64,000 nt of DNA from a virus. A program made the position numbers and the translations under genes. Position 1 is the first letter of the stretch. Each line of letters opens with the position of its first letter. Location of the stretch: positions 1 through 64,000 of IMG/VR virus record IMGVR_UViG_3300030389_003255; one strand, given 5' to 3'. Positions 38,277 to 48,638 of this stretch are shown piece by piece. The notes beneath the pieces were generated by a model. It saw only the letters and a list, made by a program, of their open reading frames with translations, searched no databases and was not told the origin of the DNA.

Positions 38277-39655
38277 TCCAAGAAATAAACTAAATCCTTT
38301 TTTCCATTCAAGGTTTCCATAGCCTCTTTTCTAAGAATATCATATTTTTCCTTAGTTGAAATATTAGCCCCTGTGTCTGTCACCAATATGCTTTGGTCAT
38401 CATGTCTTAATATTTCAGCCGCCACTAATTTAGTAGTTGCTTCGTGGATTTGTGCAGGAACTCTACTATCTCCTGCCTCATAAGTTACTATGATAGAATT
38501 CTTGCTATGGAAAGGATACTCTTGCATGAAAAATATTCTTCCTTCTTCGGCAATAGTCCAAAAATCTCCTAGCCTTCTAACATCCTCTTTGTCAGTAAAT
38601 CGAGATACCGAACATACACTAGGAACATCTTGATTTACTGAAACAAAATTAAGTGTATTTGTTCCAGCAGTTATTCCTGAGCCACTGTCTAAGACAACGG
38701 TATTAGTATCAGTAATAGAACTAATTGTTTTACTACCTGTTATACCTGCTCCACTTACCGTCATACCAACAGCAAGTTTTGAAGAATCTTCAACTGTAAG
38801 ATTTGCAGAAGATAAAGTAGTAGTGCATGACTGTTGAGTAGTTATCTCAACAACACAATCCGAGCCGTCATCTCCTGCTAATAGAGAGGATATCAAGATA
38901 TTACTTCCACTGCTTTTATCTTTTGAAGCGTAAAAGAAATCAGAAATAGATAATTGATTAGTTGTATCTAATAGTGCTTTGTGGTTTCTAGCCTTTGTAA
39001 ATGATTGAGTTTTACTGGGCTTTTCTTCATTAATTAAAGAAATAATTTCATTAACAGTAGTCTTTATTCCAAACGCATTATTAAATTCACTATCTAATAG
39101 TCTTGGTGAAGAGGTCGTAACTATTTTATTTGAGGATTCTAAATTAAAAGAATAAGTGCTATTTGGTGTTTTAAGAGTTATTATTTTTATGTCCGTATGA
39201 TTCTCTAACAGTCTTATTTGTGCTTGAGCCGATGCTAATTCTTCATAATGGCTACCTTGCCAAACTTGTAGAGATACAATCTTTCTAACTTTTAATGTAG
39301 GCAACTGAATAAAACCAACATACCCACCGTAGTAAGTATTCATTGGTAGGTTTTTAAATTGAAAATCATGAAACTCATCTCTAGTAATAATAGGCCGATA
39401 AGAACGCTTAGTTGTTTCATCAACAGTTCCTTCTATTCTTTTTATTATTTTACCTACTTGCGCCCTACTAGGATAGGTTGTATCGGTAAAATGTGCTATC
39501 TGTAACATATCTGCTACAGAGGCAAAGTCGGTATAAAATCCAACACCTTTATCATAAGCCCCTGTAAAAAAACCCAATGCTACAGTGTATGTAGCAACAC
39601 CGTTTAGTTTCTCATCAAAAGAATAGTCGCTTGGATATCCAGTTGTTCCCATCAA
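38273..39655 (-). CDS. head-tail adaptor-like protein with inserted domains
   Basis: N-terminal YTDFASVADML...IEGTVDETTKRSY and C-terminal IIVTYEAG...VPAQIHEATTKLVAA. Confidence 0.6.
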   Translation of the reverse strand: MMGTTGYPSDYSFDEKLNGVATYTVALGFFTGAYDKGVGFYTDFASVADMLQIAHFTDTTYPSRAQVGKIIKRIEGTVDETTKRSYRPIITRDEFHDFQFKNLPMNTYYGGYVGFIQLPTLKVRKIVSLQVWQGSHYEELASAQAQIRLLENHTDIKIITLKTPNSTYSFNLESSNKIVTTSSPRLLDSEFNNAFGIKTTVNEIISLINEEKPSKTQSFTKARNHKALLDTTNQLSISDFFYASKDKSSGSNILISSLLAGDDGSDCVVEITTQQSCTTTLSSANLTVEDSSKLAVGMTVSGAGITGSKTISSITDTNTVVLDSGSGITAGTNTLNFVSVNQDVPSVCSVSRFTDKEDVRRLGDFWTIAEEGRIFFMQEYPFHSKNSIIVTYEAGDSRVPAQIHEATTKLVAAEILRHDDQSILVTDTGANISTKEKYDILRKEAMETLNGKKDLVYFLD

Positions 39656-42003
39656 TATCCCTCTATTGTTTCTCTAATATCTAGTATTCTATTACTTAGG
39701 TCATCTAAGTATTCTCTCATGGCTTTATTTTGCCCTCTTCCTCTTAGTGGGCTTAGATTAAAAGAGGCGTATTTTTTAAGATAGACGCTATAAAATACTG
39801 CAACATCTTCTTCATTATCTTCCATTATTGGCTTACCGTCTTTATCTTTTTTATCGCCTTCTACTTGCATTAAATCTTCAACAGTAAATGCTGTTGCTTC
39901 ATATTTATCTTTACCGAACTCACTACCTTCTATTATCTTAGAACCCTCAACAACCGCAGTTTCCGAAACTAAAGGAAGAAGAATGTATATTTGAGCCGCT
40001 TTCTTATTAGTTTCATAGAGTTTAATCCATCTCTTAGTTTTCATTTTTTTCTCTACGCTAATATCATCTAAGTCTTGTTTATTTAATTCATCTCTACTAA
40101 GCCTTCTTCTAGAATCTGCTCCGCCTTCTGCTGGAGTTATCTTAGGAGTTGGAACATTAGCGCCCGTAGGCCTAATTACATCTTTATCACTATAAGAAAT
40201 TCCCAATACATCTAATAGTTTTTGGGAGGCAGTTTGGGGAGAACCAAGAATACTAGGTAATTTTACATTTGCTTTACCTGTTAGAATATAGTAATAAAGG
40301 TCTGCCCTTTGTTCTTCATTAAGACCCAAATCAGCATATTTACCGATATCGGTTTGTTTAACCTTATCTTTTCTATAAAACACATAATCGGAAAATGCTT
40401 CTCCATACTCTTCTTGCACTACTCTAAAGTCACCTTGTTCTATTTGTCTTGCTTCTGCTTCTGTAATGGGTTCGTCTCTTCTATCTATATATGCATACTT
40501 TAGTCTTTCTTGGCCTTGAAAATCTGAATCAAACAGAGCCTTATCTTTGAATTTACTAGTTCCTTCCTTTTTTATCATTTCAAATTTTTCATCGAAGAAA
40601 CTATGAATTATCATTCTTATCTTATTGTTACCAAACCCAAACTTATCGTATGCTTTTTCTGCCTTTTTGTAAACAGGATTGTCACTAAAAATCAACAAAT
40701 ATTTATTTCCATCTACTTCTATTTCAGTTGTAGCGGCTCTCAATTCATTATATTCAGCAGTTATTTTTTGTCTCTCTTCTTTTAATTTATTGTAGATTTT
40801 TTGCCTAGCATTTTTATTTTCTTCACTATCTCCCTTTAGTCTATCGGGTATTCTGTATTCTTTCATAGGTATCAATGGATATTCTTCTTCCGCAGTAACA
40901 TCAAAGTTTGGATTAATAGCAAACGCTTTTGGTATTCTATACTTTAAGGCAGTGAATTTACTATATTTATCTTTTATTTTAGCATCATCATCCGGTAGTG
41001 TTTCTTTTACTCTCTGTGTTAGTGTTTTTGTTTTCTTTTGTTCTCTAACAAATGAGGCCTCTACCATTAATTGATAGAGCGTTCCGTCTTGAACCATAGT
41101 GTTAAAATATTCGTCACCAATTGTCCTATCGAACCACTGTTCTAATTTTAAATTAAGTTCATCTATGAATTTGTAATCAAACTGTAGACCATCTTTAATT
41201 TCACCTTCTTCTATATATTTATTCATTGATGAAAATTTAATTGCGTTTTTAATCCCCTCTTTATCTATTGCACTATCAATTAGAATTTTTCCTCTCTTTG
41301 GTAGGAAGGTAACTTCTGCACCTGTATATCTAACAATTATGTTTTGTGCCTTTGCAATTAATTCCTCCATACCGTCATCTGTTGGAAAAGTCATAACAGA
41401 GTGTGCATTCTTAAACCCTCTATTGTTGCTTTTTGAAAAACTTAATTTGTTTTCGCCTGTTATAGTTTTAGCAGTTTTAAATCTTATTTCTGACTCTATT
41501 CCTAACGATAAAGAATCACTCTCAAATTCTTCATCTGACATATCTGCTTGTGATATTACCGCAACAATATCCTTTCTAATTTGTTCTCCTACATTAGCAA
41601 TATCGCTGACCACTGTTCCACTTAACTGAGCAACTAATTTTTCATCAAACTCAGGATTATCTTCTTCTATGTTTTTAAGACTCGCCTCTGCCAGCATTTT
41701 TTCATCTTCTTCTTTTCTTTTTTCAGGCCGTCTCTTGACAAAACTACTATATGCTTGTCTGTTAGATTTTAAGTATAAAGTAAGAGGACTCTCTAATAAT
41801 TCTTTAAAAACACCTTTTAGTTGTTCTGTTAATTGTTTAGGGTCATTATCTCTTGCCTCTATTAAATTTATTGACTGCTCGATGAGTTCAACGAAACCCT
41901 CGTCTTTACTAGTTCCTAAAATGTATTTTTCCATCTGTTCACTAATAAAATTTGATGCGGCAGGAAATCTTCTAGTTACTCCATCATAATCAAAAGCAAC
42001 CAT
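39652..42003 (-). CDS. hypothetical protein (783 aa, charged)
   Basis: Long ORF in the late operon; no motif recognised. Confidence 0.7.
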   Translation of the reverse strand: MVAFDYDGVTRRFPAASNFISEQMEKYILGTSKDEGFVELIEQSINLIEARDNDPKQLTEQLKGVFKELLESPLTLYLKSNRQAYSSFVKRRPEKRKEEDEKMLAEASLKNIEEDNPEFDEKLVAQLSGTVVSDIANVGEQIRKDIVAVISQADMSDEEFESDSLSLGIESEIRFKTAKTITGENKLSFSKSNNRGFKNAHSVMTFPTDDGMEELIAKAQNIIVRYTGAEVTFLPKRGKILIDSAIDKEGIKNAIKFSSMNKYIEEGEIKDGLQFDYKFIDELNLKLEQWFDRTIGDEYFNTMVQDGTLYQLMVEASFVREQKKTKTLTQRVKETLPDDDAKIKDKYSKFTALKYRIPKAFAINPNFDVTAEEEYPLIPMKEYRIPDRLKGDSEENKNARQKIYNKLKEERQKITAEYNELRAATTEIEVDGNKYLLIFSDNPVYKKAEKAYDKFGFGNNKIRMIIHSFFDEKFEMIKKEGTSKFKDKALFDSDFQGQERLKYAYIDRRDEPITEAEARQIEQGDFRVVQEEYGEAFSDYVFYRKDKVKQTDIGKYADLGLNEEQRADLYYYILTGKANVKLPSILGSPQTASQKLLDVLGISYSDKDVIRPTGANVPTPKITPAEGGADSRRRLSRDELNKQDLDDISVEKKMKTKRWIKLYETNKKAAQIYILLPLVSETAVVEGSKIIEGSEFGKDKYEATAFTVEDLMQVEGDKKDKDGKPIMEDNEEDVAVFYSVYLKKYASFNLSPLRGRGQNKAMREYLDDLSNRILDIRETIEGY

Positions 42004-42012
42004 TTAACCAAC

Positions 42013-42666
42013 TCACATTAACCATTTAGCCCAAGCCGCACCTTTCTGTATTGCACTACCTAAACCTAAACCGCTTTGTGGTGGTTCATAACTCATTTGT
42101 CCTTGAGCATCTATCCAATATGGTCTACCATATCCATCTGTTCCGCTAGGTGGAATAGGATATCCACTACCATTATTCATAGCACCCTGCATTTGATTAT
42201 ATTGTTGCATATTGCCAGTTAATCCTGCTATTGCCGCAGTAGCAGTAGGTTGAGCCATTTGTCCTCCACCACTGAATCCTTGAGACTCTAAGTATTGTTG
42301 CTTTGCTAATTTTCTTTGATTTACTACTTCTGTGTTGATAGCGGAATTAAGGAGTTTTTGAATATCCAAGTCTATATTTTCTTGAGTAATTTTCTCATAT
42401 TCTCTAAGAGAATCCGCATTCACTATAATATTGCTACCATTAGAAGTAAGTTTTAGTTTTGATAGCATTTGGCTAACTACTCTTTCTATGACATCTTCCA
42501 TCATTTGTTCTAAAGCCGTCAAAAACATTTCTCCATGATATTGGAAAAATTCTTCTACATGATTATCTTGTAGAGAAAGTAAGTTGTTCATTGACTTGAA
42601 GTTGTTTTGCTGACCTTGTTGAACAGCCCCTAAAACCGTTCCATTACTTGTTCCTAGTATTCCCAT
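42013..42666 (-). CDS. hypothetical protein with Q/G/N-rich region and C-terminal amphipathic helix
   Basis: Helical core, Q/G/Y/P-rich tail, ends GLGLGSAIQKGAAWAKWLM. Confidence 0.65.
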   Translation of the reverse strand: MGILGTSNGTVLGAVQQGQQNNFKSMNNLLSLQDNHVEEFFQYHGEMFLTALEQMMEDVIERVVSQMLSKLKLTSNGSNIIVNADSLREYEKITQENIDLDIQKLLNSAINTEVVNQRKLAKQQYLESQGFSGGGQMAQPTATAAIAGLTGNMQQYNQMQGAMNNGSGYPIPPSGTDGYGRPYWIDAQGQMSYEPPQSGLGLGSAIQKGAAWAKWLM

Positions 42667-42668
42667 AT

Positions 42669-43346
42669 CTATTCCTCCACGACTTCTTCAATAATTTCTT
42701 CTTTTACTTTTTTAATATCATCAACTTTAACTTCTTTATTTATCATTAAATAATTCAATCTATCTGTTAGTATATTTATTTCTCCAATTATCTCTACGGC
42801 TTCATTGGTCGCTGACCTGTTATCTCCTAAAGTTGGTGGCTTTATTAAATAACCGTTTGCTGTTAGTGCTACAATATCATCCTTTGTTAGATTAGATACT
42901 GGGCCGCTTTTTAAAATCTTAGGCATTTTAGGCTTAAATGCCTTAAAATCTAAGCCATGCTTATCTGCTAATATTTGCTGTTGTAGCATTTCTAATTGCA
43001 TATACATTGAAGCATGTTTAGGGCAGTAAGTTCCCATTAATGGACGACCCTTTGTTACCTTATCTAGAGGAATAGGTGGCCTAAGATAATCTCCTGCTTC
43101 CCAAATATGATGCATTCCACATACAACACATCTATCCTTAAGATTAAATTTCTTTCCATATCTTAGAAATAGTAATTTCTTAGGTTCTGCTTTTAGGACA
43201 GCAGTTAATTCTGCTAATTGCTTTTTAGGTTTGATAGCCATAAAGTGATATTCTGTTACTGCCCCACTTGCTCTAGCCTGTTTAATAGGCGATAGGCCTA
43301 AATTCATATTATTCGTTTGTGCTAATATTTGCTGGTTTTGATACAT
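42669..43346 (-). CDS. putative Zn-binding protein
   Basis: CVVCGMHH...YCPKH. Confidence 0.6.
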   Translation of the reverse strand: MYQNQQILAQTNNMNLGLSPIKQARASGAVTEYHFMAIKPKKQLAELTAVLKAEPKKLLFLRYGKKFNLKDRCVVCGMHHIWEAGDYLRPPIPLDKVTKGRPLMGTYCPKHASMYMQLEMLQQQILADKHGLDFKAFKPKMPKILKSGPVSNLTKDDIVALTANGYLIKPPTLGDNRSATNEAVEIIGEINILTDRLNYLMINKEVKVDDIKKVKEEIIEEVVEE

Positions 43347-43356
43347 CTTTTATTCC

Positions 43357-44019
43357 TCAATAATCCTTTATCATAGTAGTTATTCCTTTATACACCATTT
43401 CGGGGTCTGATTTTGCTGATACAATATATTTGAAACAAGGTATTCCCTTATCATTAAGTTGCCTCATACCATAAGAGAACGGCTCGAATATCTCATGTTT
43501 ATCTATCGGCTTTTCACTTTTATATTTATCTCCCCAAATGTCATATTTATTAGCCCAAATAGCAACTGCCATTGGATAATCAGAATCTTTTTTCTTTCTT
43601 CCGGTAGGCCAACGACTAGCAGTAATAGTATCTACTAGAAATTTCCAAGCAACTTGATGGTCTAAATTAGAAGGATTATCTAAATGCCTATGGTCTACCA
43701 TAAATATAACATATTTTACTCTACGAGTTTGCATATCTTTTACCCATTCTTTCCAGTAGATGGCTTCTCCTCCAATATCAGCACTCTTTATTGTATGCGA
43801 ATCTCCGTCTAATTTTATCGTTTTTCTAGAAGCCCTATGCAACCCCACCGTTCTTTCATTTATCTGAGGAACTTCTCCTCTAGTTCTTAATTGATGACTT
43901 AAGGTTGTTTTACCAACCATAGTAGCGCCATAAACACCAAAGTTTATTGCATGAATTTTTTTGTAAAAACCTATTATGGCTTCACCAACTAATATGGCAA
44001 AGCCTGTCATTATTGACAT
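43357..44019 (-). CDS. Arf/Sar1-like small GTPase
   Basis: G1 GATMVGKTT, G2 RTVG, G3 DIGGE, VIFMVD, G4 ANKYD, G5 SAK and an N-terminal hydrophobic helix. Confidence 0.85.
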   Translation of the reverse strand: MSIMTGFAILVGEAIIGFYKKIHAINFGVYGATMVGKTTLSHQLRTRGEVPQINERTVGLHRASRKTIKLDGDSHTIKSADIGGEAIYWKEWVKDMQTRRVKYVIFMVDHRHLDNPSNLDHQVAWKFLVDTITASRWPTGRKKKDSDYPMAVAIWANKYDIWGDKYKSEKPIDKHEIFEPFSYGMRQLNDKGIPCFKYIVSAKSDPEMVYKGITTMIKDY

Positions 44020-44020
44020 A

Positions 44021-44239
44021 TTAATGACTCCAAATATCTTTAACCCTCTCTATAATCCAACCCATTATATTGATGTCAAAGACTCCCATAATATTACCAA
44101 TTAAGAACATAGACAAAGTAGAAAAGCCTCCCCAAAACCATGCTCTCATTTTCAAAAAGAAAATGTCTGCTGAGTGCGCTCTAGATTGATTATAGGCGTA
44201 GTCAGAATCAGAAAAACCCATTATATCTCCGAGAACCAT
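44021..44239 (-). CDS. small membrane protein
   Basis: Hydrophobic segment WFWGGFSTLSMFLIGNIMGVF. Confidence 0.65.
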   Translation of the reverse strand: MVLGDIMGFSDSDYAYNQSRAHSADIFFLKMRAWFWGGFSTLSMFLIGNIMGVFDINIMGWIIERVKDIWSH

Positions 44240-44250
44240 TTAGCCACCCC

Positions 44251-44640
44251 TCATTGAAGGACTGCTAAAAACTCATTACTAACGGTATTTTCATCGTTTT
44301 CATTCTGATTCGCTGAATAGGTAAAACTAGTATTATATTGCTTTGCGCTTTCAGCCATCTTTCTTCTCTGTTGGTCATCTCTAGCCTTTCTTTCCCAAAA
44401 CGCAGAAATCTTTCTATCTAGTAGCCAAATTTCTATCTTGTCATTTAGGGCTAAATCAAACAAAGCCTTCATTACCATAATTGCTCCGATTGTTCCTAGT
44501 CCAAATAATACGGAATGTGCTAAAGCACCATAGGGAAAACCAGTTCCTATTTTAGCATAAGCAAAGACATTAGCCCCACTTACTGCTCCAACAAAAAGTA
44601 TAGTCATTACTAATCTAGTATCTTGATTTAAAACTGCCAT
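44251..44640 (-). CDS. two-TM membrane protein with soluble C-terminal tail
   Basis: Two hydrophobic helices (LVMTILFVGAVSGANVFAYA; ALAHSVLFGLGTIGAIMVM), then a charged helix. Confidence 0.7.
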   Translation of the reverse strand: MAVLNQDTRLVMTILFVGAVSGANVFAYAKIGTGFPYGALAHSVLFGLGTIGAIMVMKALFDLALNDKIEIWLLDRKISAFWERKARDDQQRRKMAESAKQYNTSFTYSANQNENDENTVSNEFLAVLQ

Positions 44641-44649
44641 TGTAAAACC

Positions 44650-44931
44650 TCATGAGAACTCAATAGAACAAGCCACTGCACCACTTACTTCCTCGAAAAA
44701 TAATCCATTTTCACAAAGAACAGAATGCATATCAAACTCTATCGTTTGTCCCGAAGATAGTTTTAATCTTGCTATTTCTTTTCCGGAGTTACTAGTTCCA
44801 TCAAATACTTTTACTTCTGCTGTGCTACCACCTACTTCACAAACATGGATAGAAACTAATCTACAACTGCCAGTAAAAACAGTTGCCGATGCAGTCAAAA
44901 CTCCACTTGTTCTACAACCACCGCTAGGCAT
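44650..44931 (-). CDS. small beta-rich virion protein
   Basis: 93 aa, beta-strand pattern, GAGGAG RBS. Confidence 0.5.
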   Translation of the reverse strand: MPSGGCRTSGVLTASATVFTGSCRLVSIHVCEVGGSTAEVKVFDGTSNSGKEIARLKLSSGQTIEFDMHSVLCENGLFFEEVSGAVACSIEFS

Positions 44932-44987
44932 AATATCTCCTCAAACAGCGTTAGTTACAATACCTATTATAACTTTCCTAAGTCAAT

Positions 44988-45332
44988 CTACTCCTTTTTT
45001 GGAGTTTTTGCCTTAGTAGTTTTAGGTTTTGTAGACTTAGGTTTGGTATTTCTAGTCTTTTTTACAGTCTTTGGTATTAGCAAATCCACTAAATCTTGAT
45101 GGGTCTTTATCGCTTGTTTGGTCTCAAAAGCGGCCACTTTTAGTTTAGCCTCTTCTAAGTCAAGTATGGCTTTTTCATCTTCTTTAGTAAATGTAAACAT
45201 AAAGTCTGGGTGTCCCAACATAGATATTGCAGACCTCAAAGGAAACTCAACGGGTGTATCTTTTGTTATCAATACACCCGCTAAGTTCTTTTTTTGTATT
45301 TCTGCTTTTTCTGTTAGTATAACAGTAGGCAA
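44988..45332 (-). CDS. hypothetical protein with Lys/Thr/Pro-rich tail
   Basis: 114 aa, downstream of capsid genes. Confidence 0.55.
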   Translation of the reverse strand: MPTVILTEKAEIQKKNLAGVLITKDTPVEFPLRSAISMLGHPDFMFTFTKEDEKAILDLEEAKLKVAAFETKQAIKTHQDLVDLLIPKTVKKTRNTKPKSTKPKTTKAKTPKKE

Positions 45333-45341
45333 TAAATCACC

Positions 45342-45917
45342 TCAAAGGTTTCCAAAGACCTTTAGTTTTACAGTTCCCAAATCACCGGATTGTAGAGAAG
45401 CCGACAACAAAGCGGCTGAACCTGTGGTATATGCATAAAGGTAAAAGAAAGTCTTATCCGCAGAGATATCTCCTATAATGTAGTGGCAGTCGTGGTCAGA
45501 TTGACCCACTAATTCAACAGAAGTTATAGTGTCTAATCCAAAACTAGATGCTAAGATTTTTTCACCTGCATGAGTAAACTTTTCATTTCCTCCACCAGTA
45601 TCGGCCGTAACTGTTTGAGCAGTAGTTAAACCAGTAGCGGTTAGCGCAGTTATTTTAATAACATCGTCATTGTTATTTGCGGCTGAACCTTCTACAACAA
45701 CATGGTCGCCAACAACAAATCCATCATCCAAATAACTACCCGCATCTCTTGTGTAAGTTTGTAAAGCGGCAGTAATAGTTTGACTTGCCGCAGTAGCGGT
45801 TGTTCCTGTTCTGTAAGAAGAAATGGCTACACTACCCAATGCTATGTATTCATCACCAACGGCTCTAGGTTTAGTAAATCCCTTATGGTCGGGTAAAAGT
45901 GTTACAGTATTAGTCAC
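45342..45917 (-). CDS. putative capsid decoration/minor head protein
   Basis: Immediately after the major capsid gene; T/A/G-rich beta protein. Confidence 0.5.
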   Translation of the reverse strand: MTNTVTLLPDHKGFTKPRAVGDEYIALGSVAISSYRTGTTATAASQTITAALQTYTRDAGSYLDDGFVVGDHVVVEGSAANNNDDVIKITALTATGLTTAQTVTADTGGGNEKFTHAGEKILASSFGLDTITSVELVGQSDHDCHYIIGDISADKTFFYLYAYTTGSAALLSASLQSGDLGTVKLKVFGNL

Positions 45918-45927
45918 TTAAACCACC

Positions 45928-47310
45928 TCAAAGTAGATTTGTAATCTTACCCTGTCCTCTAAAGTATGAACAACCAACCTCACCAATAGTTCGGTAAAGT
46001 GCTTGGTTTCCTAGAGTTCCAACACCGAATGGGTTTCCGTTACTAATACCATCTTCAAAGTATTGAGTTGGTTTCATAACTGATAGCCACAAATGGTCAG
46101 TATCTAGAATCAACATATCAGAAAGTCCAGTAGATAGAGAGTGGTGCTTTGTTGATGGCATAGCCGCAACAGGAATTAGTGGGATATCGTAATAAGTAGA
46201 AACTCTAAATCCGACTTCTTGACCCTTTACACCACGAACACCATTTACGGTTGGCACAATTTCTTTACCATCCATGAATCTTTCTTGTGCTTGTAGCAAA
46301 TCACTCAATGTTTGTAGAGTATCATATCCAGTTAGTATAACCTTTGGAGAACCACCGTTTTGTCGAATTTCTCTTAGAGTTTGGTTAATCAAACTTAGAG
46401 TCAAAGACCTTTGGCCACTTGCTGAGTAAGTTCCATCATTTACAACTGCGTTCATGAAAGAAGAAGTTGTAGCGGCTCTATCACTGTTACCGAATAGAGT
46501 AGAAACTTCTGCTACACCATTTGTAGTGTCTGTATCATCGTATGTTCCGTTCTTAATCAAATCATTTGCTTTCATGTTCTGTAGTTCTTCGTTACTAGAA
46601 ATAACCTTTAGTAATGAAGTATAGTTTCTTTCAATTGTAGCAATTGTTGTTGTTACTCCGCCATCGAAGTCATAAACTTCTAGAGGCATAACTAGCATTT
46701 GGTTCTGAACTTCTGCATGGTGCTTACCCATATCTTCACGCATTTGCGCTCTAATGTCGCCAATACCATCATCAATTTGTGCAAGTTCCATAGCAAGTTC
46801 GCTGAACTCAAATTGATGTGCAATAATCTTTGGGCTTGTAAATAGTGTAGAATACTTTGGTGCAATAGAAAACAACCCATCAGCGTTAGTTCCTAGTTTA
46901 GCATTTTCAGGAACACCACCAATCAAATCGGGTCTTAGTGTGCTTGCTCCAATAAAGGCATCAGAATTAGCCCCTGTTCTTGCGCTTACATCTAGTGAAT
47001 TTCCACTACCACCAGCAGGTCTTTCTACCAATACTCTCCAACCACTTGAAACATATGGTCTCTTTGAAATAACTGAAAGTGCATTACATTCTCTGTTTAG
47101 CATTGACCAAACCTTTTGACCAAATACTCGGTTATATAAAGCGGCTCTATCTCCTATTGATGAAGTTCCGCTTCCTACTCCTAGTGTGGTATCATGGCCA
47201 CTGTGTAGTGCTTGAACTGCACCACTTTGTTTTAGCAATTGACCGCTAATGCCCGATAGTCCGTATGTCTGTCTTTCTAAATCTGCTATTGTGTTAATAT
47301 ATCCTGTCAT
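45928..47310 (-). CDS. major capsid protein (HK97 fold)
   Basis: 460 aa directly after the protease/scaffold; GGVPEN, PKIIAHQFEFSE, GGSPKVILTG, YYDIPLIP and ILDTDHL. Confidence 0.85.
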   Translation of the reverse strand: MTGYINTIADLERQTYGLSGISGQLLKQSGAVQALHSGHDTTLGVGSGTSSIGDRAALYNRVFGQKVWSMLNRECNALSVISKRPYVSSGWRVLVERPAGGSGNSLDVSARTGANSDAFIGASTLRPDLIGGVPENAKLGTNADGLFSIAPKYSTLFTSPKIIAHQFEFSELAMELAQIDDGIGDIRAQMREDMGKHHAEVQNQMLVMPLEVYDFDGGVTTTIATIERNYTSLLKVISSNEELQNMKANDLIKNGTYDDTDTTNGVAEVSTLFGNSDRAATTSSFMNAVVNDGTYSASGQRSLTLSLINQTLREIRQNGGSPKVILTGYDTLQTLSDLLQAQERFMDGKEIVPTVNGVRGVKGQEVGFRVSTYYDIPLIPVAAMPSTKHHSLSTGLSDMLILDTDHLWLSVMKPTQYFEDGISNGNPFGVGTLGNQALYRTIGEVGCSYFRGQGKITNLL

Positions 47311-47311
47311 C

Positions 47312-48607
47312 TTAATAACCTCCTACCATTTTGTGAATCTCTGACCAATCCATTTCAGCCAAATCTTCCATACTTGGGAGTTCTTCTTCTGCCGCCTTTT
47401 GTGCCTTTAGAATTGTTTCTTTTTCAGCAGTCAAAGACTTTCTTAATTGAGTAAACTCATCTTTTAGAGATGCTATTTCGGCTTGAGCATCATATTGTGA
47501 CTTTGCCAAAATATTTTCTCGATTTGCTCTTTCTGCGTTAAATCTTGCATTAAATTGCTTTTCTAAATTACTTAGAGCAATTTCTTCTAGTTGCTCTTGT
47601 CGATAAGACTCATATGCTTTCTCGATATTTAGGTTAGAAAGGTTTAGTGTATCTAATTCATCATTGTTAAATGCTTTAACAACAGGAAGTCCACTTGGCT
47701 TAGGATTGCCATTATCAATAACAATTCTATCAGCAGGTTCTCCAATTTCGACACCTGCTCCGTCCAATGTAGCAACATAGGCTTTATCTGCCATTTTGTC
47801 ACCATATGCACCTCTTTCCATGTCATCAGTAGGGACATCTTGCATTCTTTCCATGTTTTTCATCCTTTCCATGTCTTTCATCCTTTCCATGTCCTTCATA
47901 GATTCCTTTTCTTCATCCATGTTTTCCATCATATTCTCATCTTCCATAGACTCTTTCATGGATTCTTTATCCTCCATCATTTCAGTGTCCATCATTTCGG
48001 CTTCTTCTTTTCGTAGCGTATTGACTTGCTCCATTAGAGTGTCAAGTTCCGCCAATGCTTTTTCTAACTTGCTCATATTTTTCACCTGTTTATCTTGCTT
48101 TAAAATATCAAATCTTGCTTCGGGATTTATTCCTTTTTCACAAATTGTTACCTCATGCAATTCCAGTTTGCTTATTTCATTGTAATCTCCTAACTCCGGA
48201 TGACTTTTCTTTACTTTTTGTAATGCCTGTCCTCCTATGCTAAATGACCTCAATGAACCTTTTCTTACGCCTCTTCCTATTTCTTTGGCTTTTTCTATAT
48301 CATCTCTTAACTTAATTACTACGAAGAAACCAACATCATCTACTTCTGTTTTCCACAATCTCCCCGTTTTATCTCGATATGATTTTACTACTTCTCCAAC
48401 TTGAACATTTGAGTGATTTGTCATTACATTTCTAAACTTTGGATTTTGCATATACTTCTCTACTGCTTCTTCTAAAGCCTTTAGTGTAATTAAATCGTTT
48501 TGTTTATCCACGATTTCTATGCTTGCATATCCTCCAATCATCAAGTCTTGATTACTTTTTAAGATGCTAAAGTCGTTGGCTCTATTACTTATCACCGCAG
48601 AACTCAT
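47312..48607 (-). CDS. prohead protease fused to scaffolding domain
   Basis: GGYASIEIVDKQND, MTNH (His), SFSIGG (Ser) and EVTICEKGINPEA; acidic/Met-rich and coiled-coil C-terminal half. Confidence 0.88.
   Translation of the reverse strand: MSSAVISNRANDFSILKSNQDLMIGGYASIEIVDKQNDLITLKALEEAVEKYMQNPKFRNVMTNHSNVQVGEVVKSYRDKTGRLWKTEVDDVGFFVVIKLRDDIEKAKEIGRGVRKGSLRSFSIGGQALQKVKKSHPELGDYNEISKLELHEVTICEKGINPEARFDILKQDKQVKNMSKLEKALAELDTLMEQVNTLRKEEAEMMDTEMMEDKESMKESMEDENMMENMDEEKESMKDMERMKDMERMKNMERMQDVPTDDMERGAYGDKMADKAYVATLDGAGVEIGEPADRIVIDNGNPKPSGLPVVKAFNNDELDTLNLSNLNIEKAYESYRQEQLEEIALSNLEKQFNARFNAERANRENILAKSQYDAQAEIASLKDEFTQLRKSLTAEKETILKAQKAAEEELPSMEDLAEMDWSEIHKMVGGY
47843..47899 (-). repeat. 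3 x 18 bp tandem repeat encoding (MK[D/N]MER) in the scaffold linker
   Basis: + strand units cattctttccatgttttt / catcctttccatgtcttt / catcctttccatgtcctt. Confidence 0.85.
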
Positions 48608-48638
48608 ACCTCTCGTTTTAATGATTTTAAACTTTCAC

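Noticed and set aside
44251-44640. Calling the 2-TM protein a holin
   Set aside because: The topology is compatible, but there is no family motif or adjacent endolysin; left as part of the GTPase-membrane cluster.
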